IMG/VR virus record: IMGVR_UViG_3300032287_003113
Location: 155,880-219,879 of that record
Strand: one strand, 5' to 3'
DNA length: 64,000 nt
Shown here: positions 1-10,407 of the stretch, in pieces
How the letters are laid out: the number at the start of each line of letters is the position of its first letter
Numbering within the stretch: the first letter of the stretch is position 1
Program-made: the position numbers and the translations under genes
The notes under the pieces: generated by a model
Database searches by the model: none
Told to the model about the DNA's origin: nothing
What the model saw: only the letters and a program-made list of their open reading frames with translations

Positions 1-34
1 TTACTGACAAAACAATTTACACGAGAAATTACCT

Positions 35-1081
35 ATGTTGAATAGCGAATACCATGTTGGTATCAACGACAACAAGTTTTGGCGTAAAGACTTGTTAGTT
101 ATGCACCTGTACGATTGCTTAAACACCAACCAACAGCCAGCCCTGCGGGTAACTCCAGAAGGTTCAAGCCTTGCAGGCTGTGGTTTATATAGGTACTTGG
201 ATGCGTTTTGCAAACATACTGGATACGATAAAAAGAACATTAGCATACGCACAGGCAACATGATCGAACAACACCCTGAGTACACAATTATAAAAGATGC
301 CACCGCTTGGTTCGAAGTTCCTATTATGCAACAATGGGCACAAAAAAATCCGATCAACACAGGCACCATGCCTAGATTACACTTTGGACACTTTGTTGGA
401 AAAAGCAATTGGAATAGATTGTGGATTGGTGCTGTGTTGCACAGTAAATACAATGATAAGTTATTTCAAACATATAACACCGGCATTGGTACACACTATC
501 TTACTAAGAATGACGGCCTTTGTGATTTTGTGGGCTTAGAAGATCTGGTCAAAATGGAATGTGATCAAATTGATGTGGCTGTCGAATTTTTAAAGTCTTG
601 TCCAAAGTTTATACCTGAGGACATAGAAGCAATTAAAAATATGTCAACTTACATCAAACAAGACGATTACTACCCTATACAATTACCAGCCAATCTTAAC
701 ATATTGAAATACTATAACAATATATTTGTGGACATTATCCATGAAACATTTGTTCGTGATGAAGTATGTTTTGCTACAGAAAAAACTTGGAGAACAATGT
801 TAGCACGTAGGCCTTTTATTACCATGGGAGGCAGAAATCATTTGGCTAATTTAAAGCGTCTAGGATTCCGTACATTCAATGACATCTGGGATGAAGGTTA
901 CGACGAGTATGGTATGCAGTGGCGTGTTAAAGAAATACTAAAACTAATAGATACTATCAGTTCTTGGTCAGTGGAAAAGATACAACAGGTCTTACAAGAT
1001 ATGCAACCTATACTAGAACACAACTATCAAACTTTTATGACACTAACACATCAAAAAATACAGCGAACATTCAATGACTAA
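35..1081 (+). CDS. GT10 (alpha-1,3-fucosyltransferase)-like glycosyltransferase domain protein
   Basis: C-terminal FVDIIHET...FATEKTWR...PFITMG...LKRLGFRTF...WDEGYD resembles the GT10 E..Y/F.TEK donor motif region; paralogous to 15338..16516. Confidence 0.45.
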   Translation: MLNSEYHVGINDNKFWRKDLLVMHLYDCLNTNQQPALRVTPEGSSLAGCGLYRYLDAFCKHTGYDKKNISIRTGNMIEQHPEYTIIKDATAWFEVPIMQQWAQKNPINTGTMPRLHFGHFVGKSNWNRLWIGAVLHSKYNDKLFQTYNTGIGTHYLTKNDGLCDFVGLEDLVKMECDQIDVAVEFLKSCPKFIPEDIEAIKNMSTYIKQDDYYPIQLPANLNILKYYNNIFVDIIHETFVRDEVCFATEKTWRTMLARRPFITMGGRNHLANLKRLGFRTFNDIWDEGYDEYGMQWRVKEILKLIDTISSWSVEKIQQVLQDMQPILEHNYQTFMTLTHQKIQRTFND

Positions 1082-1910
1082 ATTCCATTTACCTTTTGTA
1101 GAAATGATGGTTACACAATTTTGTAATCTAAGCTGTGTTGGCTGTAGTAACTATGCTGACCTAAAACACACAGGTTATGTTCCTTGGGCAGATGGTCGGC
1201 GTGAAATAGAATCGTGGCTACCACGCATGACAATTGAAGACTTTGGTATCATGGGTGGCGAGCCCCTGATCAATCCCGAACTTAAACAATGGATACGTGG
1301 CTTGCGTGAGTTATTACCCACAAGCCCCATACGCTTTAGCACCAATGGCGAATTGCTAGATCGACATTTAGATGTGCTAGAAACAGCACACGAAGTGGGC
1401 AACTTTGTTTTTAAGATCACTGTACACCAACACAGCGAGCGTGTAGAACGTGTCATTGCTAAAATCTTCTCAATGTACAAGTGGGAACCTGTGTACGAAT
1501 ATGGCATCTATCGTTACAAAACCACAAACGGATTAAGATTTCAGGTCAATCGTCCGCTGACATTTATCAAGTATTATAAGAATGATTACGCCAACATGAT
1601 GCCGTTCAATTCCAATCCTGTGGATAGTTTCAATATTTGTATGCAACAACGATGTCCACTCATGTTCAATGGACGTATGTACAAGTGTAGTACACTAGGC
1701 GGATTGGAACAAACACTAGATCGTTTTAGTAACACCGACCCTGCATGGGAGCCATACAAAGGCAAATACATTACACCTACGAGCCCAGATGCAGATATTG
1801 CGGCGTTCTTAAACAATTATGGTCGTCCACATCAAGTGTGTACAATGTGTCCTACCGCCCAGGATGACGAAAGTGTTATTTTACATTATAATAACGTAAT
1901 AACAAAATGA
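1074..1910 (+). CDS. Radical SAM protein with C-terminal SPASM/twitch-like cysteines
   Basis: CNLSCVGC (CxxxCxxC), MGGEP, FSTNG; C-terminal C..RCP...YKC...CTMCP. Confidence 0.85.
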   Translation: MTKFHLPFVEMMVTQFCNLSCVGCSNYADLKHTGYVPWADGRREIESWLPRMTIEDFGIMGGEPLINPELKQWIRGLRELLPTSPIRFSTNGELLDRHLDVLETAHEVGNFVFKITVHQHSERVERVIAKIFSMYKWEPVYEYGIYRYKTTNGLRFQVNRPLTFIKYYKNDYANMMPFNSNPVDSFNICMQQRCPLMFNGRMYKCSTLGGLEQTLDRFSNTDPAWEPYKGKYITPTSPDADIAAFLNNYGRPHQVCTMCPTAQDDESVILHYNNVITK

Positions 1911-2788
1911 CAAGATTCTTTGCCTTCGGGTGCTCCTTTACTAACTCTAAAAATCCTACTTGGGCTGACATAGTGGCGCACGAGTACAACCATTACCAAA
2001 ACTGGGGACAGGCTGGTGCAGGTAATAGTTTTATATTCTACAGTCTAATGGAATGTAACAAGCGTAATCAGATTACTCCGGACGATGTAGTAATGATCAT
2101 GTGGAGCAGCATTGGTAGAGAAGATCGTTATGTTGGAGGAGAATGGTTGACTCCTGGTAGTATATACAATCAACAAGATTATGATGAGAACTTTGTAAAG
2201 AAGTTTACAGATCCAACAGGATACTTGTTACGAGATGCAGCACACTTGGCTGGTGCTAAAGCCATATTAGATAATATTGGGTGTCGGTATTATTTTTTTA
2301 GTATTGTTCCGTTTAATGTTCCAGACGATAACGTTTTTAAAATCTTTAGCATAGATAATAAAATATTAAATGTTTATGCTGAAGAATTTCGATCTGTGCG
2401 TCCCAGTGTATACGAAGTTGTCTTTGATCACGACTGGTACAGCCGGGCCGGCATTAAACAAGAAGACAAGCTCAAAGAAGAATACGAAATTAAACGTGGT
2501 AATGATTGGCCCACATGGGATAAGTTTATAATACAAGACTTCGGCGGTGTACCCAAAGATATTAAAGATGAAATAAACAACCAACACGAGTTTACCAACA
2601 GATATTTGCGTAGGTATGACACACATCCAACTCCAGCAGAATATTTAGAATATATCACACGAGTAGCACCAGACATAGAAGTATCCTCTGCCACACAAGA
2701 TTGGGTAGCAACAGTGACTGATAGATTAATCAAACACCAAGACTTAACCAAACTTTGGAAACCTAATAAAAAGCCTGCGAGATTCTAA
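1907..2788 (+). CDS. SGNH/GDSL-like hydrolase or acyltransferase
   Basis: N-terminal FGCSFT, G.AGAGNSFI block, C-terminal DTHP. Confidence 0.5.
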   Translation: MTRFFAFGCSFTNSKNPTWADIVAHEYNHYQNWGQAGAGNSFIFYSLMECNKRNQITPDDVVMIMWSSIGREDRYVGGEWLTPGSIYNQQDYDENFVKKFTDPTGYLLRDAAHLAGAKAILDNIGCRYYFFSIVPFNVPDDNVFKIFSIDNKILNVYAEEFRSVRPSVYEVVFDHDWYSRAGIKQEDKLKEEYEIKRGNDWPTWDKFIIQDFGGVPKDIKDEINNQHEFTNRYLRRYDTHPTPAEYLEYITRVAPDIEVSSATQDWVATVTDRLIKHQDLTKLWKPNKKPARF

Positions 2789-4170
2789 TGACCAAATCAA
2801 CATTTATGACAGCCGCAGAAAAGATGAAGGAACTATTGGGCCCGAGTCTTTGCCTGGCCAAATGGAAACAGGTTAGCCTGCATCTAGCTACTGGTATGAC
2901 CAACAGTTGTTACCATCCACCCTTACATGAAATAGATCCTATAGCATTAAAAGACAATCCCGGCGCACTACATAATACAGCACACAAAAAAGATCAACGT
3001 GTGATCATGCTCAAGAACGAACGCCCTACGGAATGTAATTATTGCTGGACACAAGAGGACATGGGCAATCTCAGTGATCGTCATTACAGATCAGGAGAAC
3101 CCTGGGCCGCCGACGACTACAATGCAATTAAAGCCAGCACAGGTACGGAAGATTGGATACCCAGTTATGTTGAAGTTAATTTTAATCACGTGTGTAATCT
3201 CAAGTGTAGCTATTGTAGTCCGCAGTTCTCTAGTACCTGGATGCAAGAAACTGACTATTATGGTGCCTATCCCACAAGCACTCCGCATAACGATCCTGCT
3301 CACTTCGCTGGTCGTCGCAGGCCTATACCGGTCAGCTACGATAATCCATATGTGGATGCATTCTGGGAATGGTGGCCTGAGCTGTATCCGCACCTGAAAC
3401 ATTTCCGTATGACCGGTGGCGAGCCGCTAATGGACAAGAATACTTATAAGGTATTTGATTATGTGTTGGCACTACCAAATCCAGAACTACACTTGGACGT
3501 GACCAGCAACTTTAGTGTTGACGATCGTTTATTTGACAAGTATCTGGGTTATGTCAAACAGTTATGTAACACACAGATAGAACACTTTATGCAGTACGTG
3601 AGTTTGGATAGTGGTAAACCCAGGCATGCAGAATACATTAGACACGGATTAAATTTTGCCAGAATGACTGATAATGTAAATCGTTTCTTAACAGGCGTTC
3701 CCTACCGTAATAGTCTAACATTTATCATTACCATGAACAATCTAAGTGTGTTGGGCCTACAGCGACAACTGGAATGGATACTTGATCTCCGAAGCACACA
3801 TAGTAAAACCTATCAACGTGTTTGGTTTGATACTCCCCTGCTACGTACACCCACTTGGCAAAGCGTACAAATACTGCCCGAAGTCTACGTTGGTGTGTTA
3901 GAACGTGTGGCCGACTGGATGGAACTACAGTTAGAAACAGCAGATAGACCATTTCAGGGATTCAAAGACTACGAAGTACAGCGTATGCGCCGTGATATAG
4001 ATTGGATGAAAGCAGGTCGCAATTTGGATCCAGAATATGTTAAACTGCAACGTGCAGATTTTTATCGTTTCTTTAACGAGCACGACAAACGACGCAAAAC
4101 TGACTTTTTAAAAACTTTTCCAGAAATGACAGAATTTTGGAACGAATGTAAGTACCATGCCCAGAATTAA
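2788..4170 (+). CDS. Radical SAM protein with N-terminal twitch-like domain
   Basis: N-term CLAKW..SCYH..CNYCW; core CNLKCSYC-SPQFSSTW; TGGEP. Confidence 0.85.
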   Translation: MTKSTFMTAAEKMKELLGPSLCLAKWKQVSLHLATGMTNSCYHPPLHEIDPIALKDNPGALHNTAHKKDQRVIMLKNERPTECNYCWTQEDMGNLSDRHYRSGEPWAADDYNAIKASTGTEDWIPSYVEVNFNHVCNLKCSYCSPQFSSTWMQETDYYGAYPTSTPHNDPAHFAGRRRPIPVSYDNPYVDAFWEWWPELYPHLKHFRMTGGEPLMDKNTYKVFDYVLALPNPELHLDVTSNFSVDDRLFDKYLGYVKQLCNTQIEHFMQYVSLDSGKPRHAEYIRHGLNFARMTDNVNRFLTGVPYRNSLTFIITMNNLSVLGLQRQLEWILDLRSTHSKTYQRVWFDTPLLRTPTWQSVQILPEVYVGVLERVADWMELQLETADRPFQGFKDYEVQRMRRDIDWMKAGRNLDPEYVKLQRADFYRFFNEHDKRRKTDFLKTFPEMTEFWNECKYHAQN

Positions 4171-5506
4171 CAACGAAACTGATTTAGAGTACAAACGCAG
4201 AGTGATTGACATCAAGTCGGACAGCTTCTGTGCGGCCAAGTGGTACAATGCCACCATATGGCTAGGCTCGGGGCAAACCACCAGTTGTCATCATCCCCTG
4301 CCGCATCAAGTCAGTGTAGCTGAAGTAGAAGCGAACCCCAAAGCCTTACACAACACCCCAAAGAAAAAAGCCGAACGTGCTCAAATGCAACGAGGAGAAC
4401 GTCCCAGCGGTTGCGAATACTGCTGGAAAATAGAAGACATCGGTCGCGACAACATTAGCGATCGTGTTTACAAAACAGTCATATATGATGACAAGGATTT
4501 GGATTATGCTTTTCAAACTCCAGCAAATGAAGATGTGGATTTACAAACACTTGAAATTGCCTTTGACCGCACCTGCCAGTTCGCTTGCTCTTATTGCAAC
4601 CCGGCGTTTAGTAGCACTTGGGTCAAGGACATTAGGAATAATGGTGCTTATACCAATCTTGTCAGCGATGGCCGCAATCACTTTACTCACGCTCATGACG
4701 GCAGTCAGCTATACCGGTTTGGAGAAACGAATCCGTATGTTGAAGCCTTCCACAAATGGTGGGAAACAGACTTACATAGAACGTTGAAAGAGTTACGTAT
4801 CACTGGGGGCGAGCCATTGATGAGTGCAGAAACTTGGAAGTTGATTGATTGGTTTAAAACTAACAAAGGCAAAAGTTTTACACGTCTTGCTATCAACAGT
4901 AACTTAGGCACTGAAGTAGACATTGATCGTTTACTTGCCGCCATTGATGGTGTAGAAGTTGACCTATATACCAGCAATGAATCAATAGGCTTGCAGGCCG
5001 AATACATTAGAGATGGTCTTGTGTTTGACGACTGGGCTAACAATGTAGAACGTTTGCTAGATTCGGGTAAGTTTCGTGGCCTGCATGTCATGTGTACTAT
5101 TAATGCATTGTGCTTGGATACACTAGACAGCTTTCTTGAAATGGTATATAACTGGAAACTTGAGTACGGCACGGATGCCATTAACTTCTCGCTGAATATA
5201 TTACGTTTTCCAAGTTTTCAAAGTCCTCTGGTATTGCCAGACAACATACGAACACAATACAGAACACAATTAAGTGACTTCTATAAAACACACAAAGACA
5301 CTGGGGTGCTACATGGTTTTGAGATTGATCAATTAAAACGCCTGATTGATTATCTTGATGTTGTTATAACTCCACACACGGGTGCCATGGAACAATCTAT
5401 CTTACAACACGATTTTAAAAACTTCTTCTCACAATACGATCAACGTCGTGGTAAGAATTTTGTAGAGACGTTTCCTAATTTAACAGAATGGTATAATACA
5501 CTATGA
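4157..5506 (+). CDS. Radical SAM protein with N-terminal twitch-like domain
   Basis: N-term CAAKW..SCHH..CEYCW; core CQFACSYC-NPAFSSTW; TGGEP. Confidence 0.85.
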   Translation: MPRINNETDLEYKRRVIDIKSDSFCAAKWYNATIWLGSGQTTSCHHPLPHQVSVAEVEANPKALHNTPKKKAERAQMQRGERPSGCEYCWKIEDIGRDNISDRVYKTVIYDDKDLDYAFQTPANEDVDLQTLEIAFDRTCQFACSYCNPAFSSTWVKDIRNNGAYTNLVSDGRNHFTHAHDGSQLYRFGETNPYVEAFHKWWETDLHRTLKELRITGGEPLMSAETWKLIDWFKTNKGKSFTRLAINSNLGTEVDIDRLLAAIDGVEVDLYTSNESIGLQAEYIRDGLVFDDWANNVERLLDSGKFRGLHVMCTINALCLDTLDSFLEMVYNWKLEYGTDAINFSLNILRFPSFQSPLVLPDNIRTQYRTQLSDFYKTHKDTGVLHGFEIDQLKRLIDYLDVVITPHTGAMEQSILQHDFKNFFSQYDQRRGKNFVETFPNLTEWYNTL

Positions 5507-6834
5507 CCAAAGAATTTTATAACAAGGGTTATGACTATATGGCACGTAAACCATATTTTATTGAACTCGAACAGTTGAATGACTCTCAGCAAGACTTATT
5601 AATAAAAAGCGAAACATTTTGCATGATGCCTTGGGTACACATGCATGCCTTCCCAGACGGTCGTGCATATCCTTGCTGTGTGGCAGACTATTGGCATCCT
5701 GTGGGGGACCTACGTAAAAGCACTATGGAACAAGTTTGGAATCAAGAACCTTATCGTAACTTGCGTAAGAATATGGTTAGCGAAACCAAGAGCAAAGAGT
5801 GTACCAAGTGCTACGAACAAGAACGCAATGGATTTTTTAGTATGCGTAACGATGCCAATCGTAACTACGGACATCATATAGGAGAAGTAAATGAAACCAA
5901 AGAAGATGGAACCAATCCTAAGTTCAAAATACGTTATTGGGACGTTCGTTTTAGTAACCTTTGTAACTTCCGTTGTCGCAGCTGTGGGCCTATTTTTAGC
6001 AGTAATTGGTATCAAGATCACGTAAAAATGTACGGCAAGAAACCTGATGTGTTAGGCCGTGACATGGCTGTGATTGAATATACCACAGGCAACGAAGATG
6101 ACATGATTGCACAAATGATGCCACACGTTCCACACCTGGAGCAGGTATACTTTGCCGGTGGCGAGCCCTTGATCATGAAAGAACATTATTACTTGCTTGA
6201 GAAGTTGATTGAAGCAGGTAAAACTGATGTGCGTATCCAATATAACACAAACTTTAGTGAACTGGCATTTAAGGACAAGCACGTATTTGAATATTGGCGA
6301 CATTTTAAAAATGTCAGTGTAGGTGCCAGTTTAGATGCCAGCGGAGCTAGAGCGGAGCTGATGCGTAAAGGAACAGATTGGACACAGGCAGTAGATAATC
6401 GTCGTCGCATGATAGCAGAAGTGCCACATGTGGATTTTTACATTAGTGCCACAGTTAGTTCAATGAACGTGTTGCATGTATTAGACTTTCATAGAGAATG
6501 GACCGAGCTTGGATTGATCAAAGCCAAGGACTTTAATGTAAACATTTGCCAAAGCCCGGAATGGTATCGAGTAGATATCTTTCCAGAACAGTTTAAACAG
6601 GATGTTATTGTGCCCGCCTACGAGCAACACATTGAGTGGTTAACACCGCAAGACAATCTTAAACGTGCTACCAATGGATTTCGTAGCACTCTCAAATTCA
6701 TGAACAGCACAGATCAAAGTCATTTGTGGCCACGCTTTGTTGAGGAGTGTGCCAAACTAGACGCTGTACGTCGAGAAGATTTTTGGGCAACATTCCCTGA
6801 ATTAGCCAGCTTACGAGATTATGAACCTACCTAA
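5503..6834 (+). CDS. Radical SAM protein with N-terminal twitch-like domain
   Basis: N-term CMMPW..PCC..CTKC; core CNFRCRSC-GPIFSSNW; AGGEP; YNTN. Confidence 0.85.
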   Translation: MTKEFYNKGYDYMARKPYFIELEQLNDSQQDLLIKSETFCMMPWVHMHAFPDGRAYPCCVADYWHPVGDLRKSTMEQVWNQEPYRNLRKNMVSETKSKECTKCYEQERNGFFSMRNDANRNYGHHIGEVNETKEDGTNPKFKIRYWDVRFSNLCNFRCRSCGPIFSSNWYQDHVKMYGKKPDVLGRDMAVIEYTTGNEDDMIAQMMPHVPHLEQVYFAGGEPLIMKEHYYLLEKLIEAGKTDVRIQYNTNFSELAFKDKHVFEYWRHFKNVSVGASLDASGARAELMRKGTDWTQAVDNRRRMIAEVPHVDFYISATVSSMNVLHVLDFHREWTELGLIKAKDFNVNICQSPEWYRVDIFPEQFKQDVIVPAYEQHIEWLTPQDNLKRATNGFRSTLKFMNSTDQSHLWPRFVEECAKLDAVRREDFWATFPELASLRDYEPT

Positions 6835-8038
6835 CACGATATGTATGTTGCCGTGGGTCAGCATTGAAGCTAGTCCAATGGGCACCACACGTCCTTGCTG
6901 TATGGCATATGATGAGATTACCGATGAGTCAGGCAAGAAGTACGACTTAAACGAAACTAATCTTGAAGTGGCATACCACAGTGAGTATATGCAGGACTTA
7001 CGACGTCAGTTTCGTTGTGGAGAAAAACCTGCAACCTGTAATCGTTGTTGGGAAGAAGAAGCCGCAGGTAGGGACAGTAAACGTATACACAGCCAAGTAA
7101 GATTAAAAGAATTATACAAACAAGTAGACTGGGCTAATGACGATCCTGATCAACTATGGTTTGTTGATTTAAAACTAGGTAACATCTGTAACTTAAAATG
7201 TCGTATATGTGGTTCTTGGTCCAGTAGTAAGTGGGCTGAAGAAGAACTTGCTTACATGCCCAAAGACTTTAACAAAAAAGAGCACATTGCCTACACTTGG
7301 CTACGGCAAGGTGCATGGCCACGCAAGACCACAACCTTCTGGGATAACATGCGTGACTTGTTGCCCAACATCCGGTACTTTGAATTTACCGGTGGCGAGC
7401 CCTGGATGATACAAGAACACTTTGATTTATTACAGTACGCAGTAGATCAAGGATACAGTAAAAATATTGATATACACTACAACACCAATGCTACACAACA
7501 ACCTAGTACTCCACAAATTTTAATGTGGAAAGAGTTTGGCCGAGTTGACATTGCCTTTAGTATTGACAACGTAGGCTCACGTTTTGAATATGAACGCTAC
7601 GGAGCCAATTGGCTATTGGCAAACAAGATCATTGATGATGTGCATTTTACACAGGCTGTCGACGCTCCTAATATTACCACACAGTTATGCTTTACTATCA
7701 ACATACAAAACGTGTATTACCTAGACGAACTACTAGCCTGGGCGGATACAAAAAGATTTGGCGACGTCTATTTTAATATGATGCATAGCCCAGATCACAT
7801 GAGCATACAAATGATGACTCCGGCAGCACAGGAGTTGGTACTAAACAAATTAAAAACAACATTTTGGAAAAATAACAAATATCAACAAGAAATTGATAGT
7901 GTAATTAAATTTATTGAACTTGGCACAGGCAGTGATGGCCGAGAGTTTTTGTTTAAGATGCAACGTACAGATGAACATCGCAAACAAAACTTTATGGATA
8001 CACATGAAGAAATAGCACGGGCAATGGGTTATGAATAA
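6821..8038 (+). CDS. Radical SAM protein with N-terminal twitch-like domain
   Basis: N-term CMLPW..PCC..CNRCW; core CNLKCRIC-GSWSSSKW; TGGEP; YNTN. Confidence 0.85.
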   Translation: MNLPNTICMLPWVSIEASPMGTTRPCCMAYDEITDESGKKYDLNETNLEVAYHSEYMQDLRRQFRCGEKPATCNRCWEEEAAGRDSKRIHSQVRLKELYKQVDWANDDPDQLWFVDLKLGNICNLKCRICGSWSSSKWAEEELAYMPKDFNKKEHIAYTWLRQGAWPRKTTTFWDNMRDLLPNIRYFEFTGGEPWMIQEHFDLLQYAVDQGYSKNIDIHYNTNATQQPSTPQILMWKEFGRVDIAFSIDNVGSRFEYERYGANWLLANKIIDDVHFTQAVDAPNITTQLCFTINIQNVYYLDELLAWADTKRFGDVYFNMMHSPDHMSIQMMTPAAQELVLNKLKTTFWKNNKYQQEIDSVIKFIELGTGSDGREFLFKMQRTDEHRKQNFMDTHEEIARAMGYE

Positions 8039-9338
8039 ACCGGCAACACTATGCATGGCACCATGGACACACACTTATCTTAGTCCACAAACAGAACGAC
8101 GCTTGTGCTGTGCCAGCCGTGAACCTGCACAAAACTTTGAACAGTATATAGATACATCGGCCGGCACAGGACGATACATTCCCATCACATTAGATGAGCA
8201 TTGGAACAGTGAACACATGCGTAGTGTGCGCCGTAGAATGATGGCTGGAGAAACCTTGCCCGAGTGTGAAGTGTGTAACAACAAACTATTAAACACAGAC
8301 GTTTACCGTAGTTATTTTAATCAATTGTTTGGAGATAAGTATTTACAGGCCCGAGAGCATACTGATGCAACAGGCTACACGACAATGAAGCCAGTTTCGT
8401 GGGATTACAGGTTCAGCAATCTCTGTAATTTTAAATGCCGCATGTGCGGCGACATGTTGTCGAGTGCTTGGGAGAGCGAGCAACGCCAACACGGAATGAT
8501 CGACTTTACAAATCCAAAGAACAATTGGATGCGTCCTGAAGTCAAAGAGCAAATAGAACAGTTTCAAGACACCCAGATAGAGCAAGAGTTTGCAGATGCC
8601 GTGGAACAGCATCGAGTCGAGGAAGTCTACTGGGTTGGTGGTGAACCGTTGATGTATGAGCAACACTGGCGCTATATGCAACGGATAATTGAATTGGGAG
8701 ATGGACCAAATGTTTACGCTCGATACAACACTAATCTTAGTCGTATTAGTTATAGAGGCGTTAATTTGTTTAGCGATATTTTATGCCGGTTACGTGACTG
8801 GCAAATCTGTGCAAGCATCGACGGCACGGGCAGAATTGGAGAGTATATTAGATCAGGTCTTGATTTTGATCAGTGGCTTGCGAACATCCGCCAAGGACTT
8901 GCGTACCACCATCACCGCCGCCAGATCCGTCTGGACTTCACTCTTACTACACCAGGACTCTTTGAAGTACAAGCGATACAAACGCTCGCCCAAGAACTCG
9001 GAGTAGATGTTTTAGCAAAGGTGGTGTTCTCGTTTAGTCCGGACATCATTATGAGCCCGTTGGCACTACCTAAAGATGTACTGCATCCTTGGATAGACGA
9101 AATTGTGAATGGCACTCCTGGGGAACGTCCTCTTACCGGCCCGTTACGGGACATACTGATTCAACTCAAAACAAGACCCACTTTTGCCGAACAATGGCCT
9201 GACTCGTATCAAGCAGGCCTACGCAAGGGCAAACAACGAATTCTACAGTTGGAAAAAATCAGAAACGACACATATACGTTTAGAGATATAATGTACTCGA
9301 GACCTGCGGCACTAGAATGGTATGACTCAATCAATTAA
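8031..9338 (+). CDS. Radical SAM protein with N-terminal twitch-like domain
   Basis: N-term CMAPW..LCC..CEVC; core CNFKCRMC-GDMLSSAW; VGGEP; YNTN. Confidence 0.85.
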   Translation: MNKPATLCMAPWTHTYLSPQTERRLCCASREPAQNFEQYIDTSAGTGRYIPITLDEHWNSEHMRSVRRRMMAGETLPECEVCNNKLLNTDVYRSYFNQLFGDKYLQAREHTDATGYTTMKPVSWDYRFSNLCNFKCRMCGDMLSSAWESEQRQHGMIDFTNPKNNWMRPEVKEQIEQFQDTQIEQEFADAVEQHRVEEVYWVGGEPLMYEQHWRYMQRIIELGDGPNVYARYNTNLSRISYRGVNLFSDILCRLRDWQICASIDGTGRIGEYIRSGLDFDQWLANIRQGLAYHHHRRQIRLDFTLTTPGLFEVQAIQTLAQELGVDVLAKVVFSFSPDIIMSPLALPKDVLHPWIDEIVNGTPGERPLTGPLRDILIQLKTRPTFAEQWPDSYQAGLRKGKQRILQLEKIRNDTYTFRDIMYSRPAALEWYDSIN

Positions 9339-10407
9339 AGTAATCTTACGCAACCCTTTAAACTACACAGATCAAGTTGATTATACAATTACGGCTGCAG
9401 ATAACCAATTGGCACGGGATTGGGTATCAGCATTAAAATTAGAACTATCGAGTGGTCGGCTATTAGAAAAGAATTTTTGTTTTATGGGTTTTCCCCGTAC
9501 AGCCCGCACACTGGAATATCTTTGTGACGAACTCAATCAAGCAGTAGATATCATTAATAGTTCTGGCATAGAATATCATATTCCTGAAGTGTTCTCCCCT
9601 GACACGGTACGTGGATTTGATTATGCAGATAATGGTGTCAATCATGCTGTAATGAATCAACTACACAATCACTTTGAGCGATTGCAAGGAACTGTTTGGG
9701 GTTTAAGTGATTATTACCGACGTGCCAACTACGAAACAAAGTATGCTATCCGACAGTTAAACAACATCTGTCACGAGATGGAAAACCTAATACTAAGTCA
9801 GCGTAAAGAAGCCACAGCACCTTATTGGGTACGTCCAAGCCAAATTACTACATTTCTACAAGCCGAGCGTTATGACCTCAAAGGCGAACATCGCACAGGG
9901 TTTGCCATCAATGGATATGATCGTGTACTAGGCGGAGTATATATGCATTGGACACAGATAGGCAAAACCTTGTTTGAAGTGTTCCGCGACGAAGGAGCAC
10001 CAGAACTTACAGCAACAACGTGTGAGGCCATCACAGAGTTAAAATACTACTCAGGCGAATTTGATGTAGAGTGGGGTAACGATGTGACCTTACTAGGCGA
10101 CAACAATCCTTGGCACACAAAGGAGCAGATAGAGTTTCGCAAGTGGCTAATAGCCAACAATCGAGATCCTGCAGATCCTGCATTAAGTCTAGGATACTTG
10201 CCTGTAGGACAAGTAGAATTGACAAAGAGTTTTGGTACAGCAGATTATCAACAGATATGGAACATACTTGGCAATCATTTGGACATATATCAAATAGAAG
10301 CAGGAGACGTATCCGCAACATTTGATTATTGCTGGACCGATGCCACGTACAAACAACAACAAATAGATCGGATGAGGCCGGGATATGACTATAGTAGCCG
10401 GGGGTGA
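9322..10407 (+). CDS. Hypothetical protein (361 aa)
   Basis: Long ORF overlapping both neighbours in the operon; no motif recognised. Confidence 0.7.
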   Translation: MTQSIKVILRNPLNYTDQVDYTITAADNQLARDWVSALKLELSSGRLLEKNFCFMGFPRTARTLEYLCDELNQAVDIINSSGIEYHIPEVFSPDTVRGFDYADNGVNHAVMNQLHNHFERLQGTVWGLSDYYRRANYETKYAIRQLNNICHEMENLILSQRKEATAPYWVRPSQITTFLQAERYDLKGEHRTGFAINGYDRVLGGVYMHWTQIGKTLFEVFRDEGAPELTATTCEAITELKYYSGEFDVEWGNDVTLLGDNNPWHTKEQIEFRKWLIANNRDPADPALSLGYLPVGQVELTKSFGTADYQQIWNILGNHLDIYQIEAGDVSATFDYCWTDATYKQQQIDRMRPGYDYSSRG

